DNA of 64,000 bases from Lama guanicoe (taxonomy: Eukaryota). Each line of letters starts with the position of its first letter. Position 1 is the stretch's first letter. Location: assembly GCA_013239625.1 (NCBI GenBank), contig MU057340.1:7892931-7956930 (forward strand). The letters are read 5' to 3'. A program made the position numbers and the translations under genes. Below the pieces are notes generated by a model. That model saw only the letters and a program-made list of their open reading frames with translations, was not told the DNA's origin and did not search any database. Below are positions 61,560 through 64,000 of this stretch, in pieces.

Positions 61560-62630
61560 TCCTACAGAAAATAAGAAGAGATGGACAAAGTGTTTTAAAA
61601 AGCTACTAAAGTCATGAAGTAATTCAGAACAAAATCAAGGAGAAAATGGAAATTTAGAGAGATAATTTGGTAGGGATTTCTTTTCTCCAGAGAGCATTTG
61701 TTGACCTTGGATGAAGGGTAGTGGGATTAAGTTGTACTCCCCTGATTTTTAGCCTCATGTGACTAAAGAGACAAGTTGGATTCCAGAGCCAGCCAAGGAA
61801 AAGTAATGGGGAGCTAGTAAACCCCCATATTTTAGGTTGTACTCAATCCCAAAGGACCATACCTGAGAAACAAAAGTGAATCAGAAATAAACCAGCCCTG
61901 ACATGGACAACTTCATGTCATCTGAGTAGCCTTTAAAATCTCAATCTCTAAAGCTGAATTAAGGTGATTCCCTAATTGCTAATTTCCCTGGTTTCTGTCA
62001 GAACTAACCAAAATCCTTTCTGAAGAAAGGTAACATTTTTGGTCTCACCATTTTTCCCACAAAGAATTTTTTAGTACAATGATGGGAACAGAAGTGAAAG
62101 AAAAAGTAGATATACAAATATGTAAGACAATAGGATTGATAATAAATAGAAGTAACAGAAGGTAGAATCAGATTCATAGGGTGTCCAGTTATTGGACTTA
62201 TCTGGTAAAGACTTTTGAATAACAATTCTGTCTATATTCAAGAAGATAAAAGGCAGAATTAAAAATGTCATCAGAGAACTGAAAATATATTTTAAAAAAA
62301 ATGAAGTTGGGAGAGGGGTGAGTATAGCTCAGTGGTAGAGCACAGGCTTAGCATGTATGAAGTCCTAGGTTCAATGCCCAGTACTTCCATTAAAAAAAAT
62401 AATAATAATGCTAAATTTTAAGAAAACATAAAATCAAATGGAAGTTCTATAACTGCAAAGCCACATCATAAAAACCCAAAGGATAAGTTTAATAGCAAAA
62501 CACTCAGTTAACTGGAGTCCCAGAAGGAGAAAAGAGTGAAAAGGGTAGAATCAATATTTAAAGACAAAAATGGCTGAGAATTTTCCAAAACTGATGAAAA
62601 ACATCAATTGATAGATTTAAGAAGCCCATA
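61560..62630 (+). mobile_element. Old L1M/HAL1-like 5' region with ORF1 remnant
   Basis: ggagtcccagaaggagaa (GVPEGE) and atggctgagaattttccaaaactgatgaaa (MAENFPKLMK) are ORF1p motifs. Confidence 0.75.
62309..62430 (+). mobile_element. Camelid tRNA-derived SINE (Vic-1-like)
   Basis: gtatagctcagtggtagagcacaggcttagcatgtatgaagtcctaggttcaatgcccagtac: A box, B box, tRNA-Ala-like head, A-rich tail. Confidence 0.88.
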
Positions 62631-62634
62631 TTTT

Positions 62635-63410
62635 GAAGACTGACATCATCTTCTCTAAGTTTCTCTTTTCCGTGCACAATAACCTGTTGCCTTCCATACA
62701 TGGCACTGTATCTGGAATCTTCAGCTCCAAGCACTGAGGTGTCTGCATTCCTCCTCAGAGGTGGTATCTACAGTAAAACTCACTGCTTCTGATGCAATTT
62801 AACCACCATCAAGCACAAGAGGATCAATTCATCCCCAGCAGGAACCGTGAACACTGATTAAGACAATCTACATGGCAAACATTATGTTTTCATACCCTCA
62901 TCTCTTTCTTCTATACTTCTCTTCAGCTTTAACATTTTGTCTGTTATATACCAGAACAATGCAAAAGTGTTCTACCCAACGCTTTGCTGCAGTTAGAATC
63001 CTCTCACTTTGCTGAAGATACACAGTAACGTAATCCTGAATGAAAAGGAAACCAGATGAGTTTGGTATTATATGTTCCCAGTGAACCTACACTGATGGCT
63101 AGAAGTCACTACATGATTTCCAAAATGCCAGCAAACCAACTATTCAACACTATATTCTGGCATTAACCGAGGGTCAATACAACTCTACTCTCTTCAAACA
63201 ATTCTTGTCCCTTTAGCAGAAATAAGTATATAATCTGACCATCTCAAATATTCTTGAAAATTTTCAAGGATTATTGACAGTGAGATAAGTCATATCTGCA
63301 GGTTTTTTCCACATGCTGGGATAGAATTTATCTGGGTCCAGACACCCAAGATCACCTAAAAGGGCTAGAAGCTCTCTCACTAACTCGTCATAGAACTTGG
63401 GCCCATGTCA
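62635..63410 (-). mobile_element. L3/CR1 LINE remnant
   Basis: ctctaagtttctcttttcc...; ctgggatagaatttatctgggtccagac...gctagaagctctctcact...cttgggcc follows the antisense L3 consensus. Confidence 0.55.
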
Positions 63411-63519
63411 CATTGCCTTTCCATGCTTGATTTGTACCTTCCAAGCAATGAACAAGAGACAGTGCTAATAAGGGGGTCATTCTAATGTGTCCTTCGGAAT
63501 ATAATGAAAACTGCTACTT

Positions 63520-63865
63520 CTGCCTGAAATGTCCCCCTCTCCCTGCCCCAGCCCCCTCGAGTCTTGGCTAATCCACCACCACCACTCCACATGCATCACC
63601 TATGCCCCACCGTTGATCTGAGCAGCTTAACGCCTCAATCAAGTGGGAGGCTTCTCTCTGGAATCATACAGCACCTGTGTCTCGCCTGCATTGTAGCACT
63701 CACAGATCATACTGTAGTCACCCTTCTCTGGTTTGCATTCTCAGAAGAACTGCATGCAGTCTGAGGGTAGGGACCAGTTCTTATGCACTGTGTTGTATGC
63801 ATTAGCCTATAACATAACGCCTGGCATGTGTAACAACTGGGAAATTTGTTTTTGAATTAATGTTG
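63520..63865 (+). mobile_element. L2 3' fragment
   Basis: tctgcctgaaatgtcccc...ctgagggtagggacc...gcctggcatgt...tttgtttttgaattaatg. Confidence 0.6.
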
Positions 63866-64000
63866 AAAATACTAGAAATTGGGTGCCAGCTGAAACTGAG
63901 TAAGAAGGAGAAACAATAGTGGGTGCAAAGAGAGATGATTACAATTCCAGTGAGAGGACAGAAATATCCGAGGTTTGTTTTCATTGACTGCAGGCTCCAG

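Noticed and set aside
62318-62390. tRNA-Ala-like sequence (also 46390-46460 on the minus strand)
   Set aside because: Broken acceptor stem and an A-rich tail indicate a SINE head, not a tRNA gene.
1-64000. CRISPR arrays, operons, or prokaryotic defence-type systems
   Set aside because: Sequence is mammalian repeat-rich non-coding DNA with no regularly spaced direct repeats or gene-dense organisation.

Overview
Mammalian, almost certainly camelid (alpaca/llama/camel), non-coding genomic DNA. The lineage call rests on two Vic-1-type tRNA-derived SINEs and cetartiodactyl-type L1 3' UTRs, with no Alu, B1, Bov-tA or PRE1 seen. No host protein-coding exon can be supported. The only real protein-like ORF is a 654-aa C-terminal L1 ORF2 fragment (47039-49003, minus); the other ORFs are chance frames. 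Much of the window is interspersed repeat (young and old L1, L2, L3/CR1, MIR, MLT1/LTR16 LTRs, hAT MITEs), several with readable target-site duplications (TSDs) and nesting. Repeat subfamily names come from recalled consensus sequences and need RepeatMasker/Dfam confirmation. At least one N-run is a length-preserving hard mask rather than a scaffold gap. Seven N-runs lie in repeat-poor unique DNA, several flanked by homeodomain/TALE/GATA/POU motif clusters and locally retained CpGs. This suggests a conserved enhancer landscape (gene desert or large intron of a developmental gene) whose cores are hidden. I found no convincing novel biological system. The best leads are the masked putative conserved elements, an L1 with its 5' UTR fused directly to its 3' end, and in-frame deletions in the youngest L1 ORF2.
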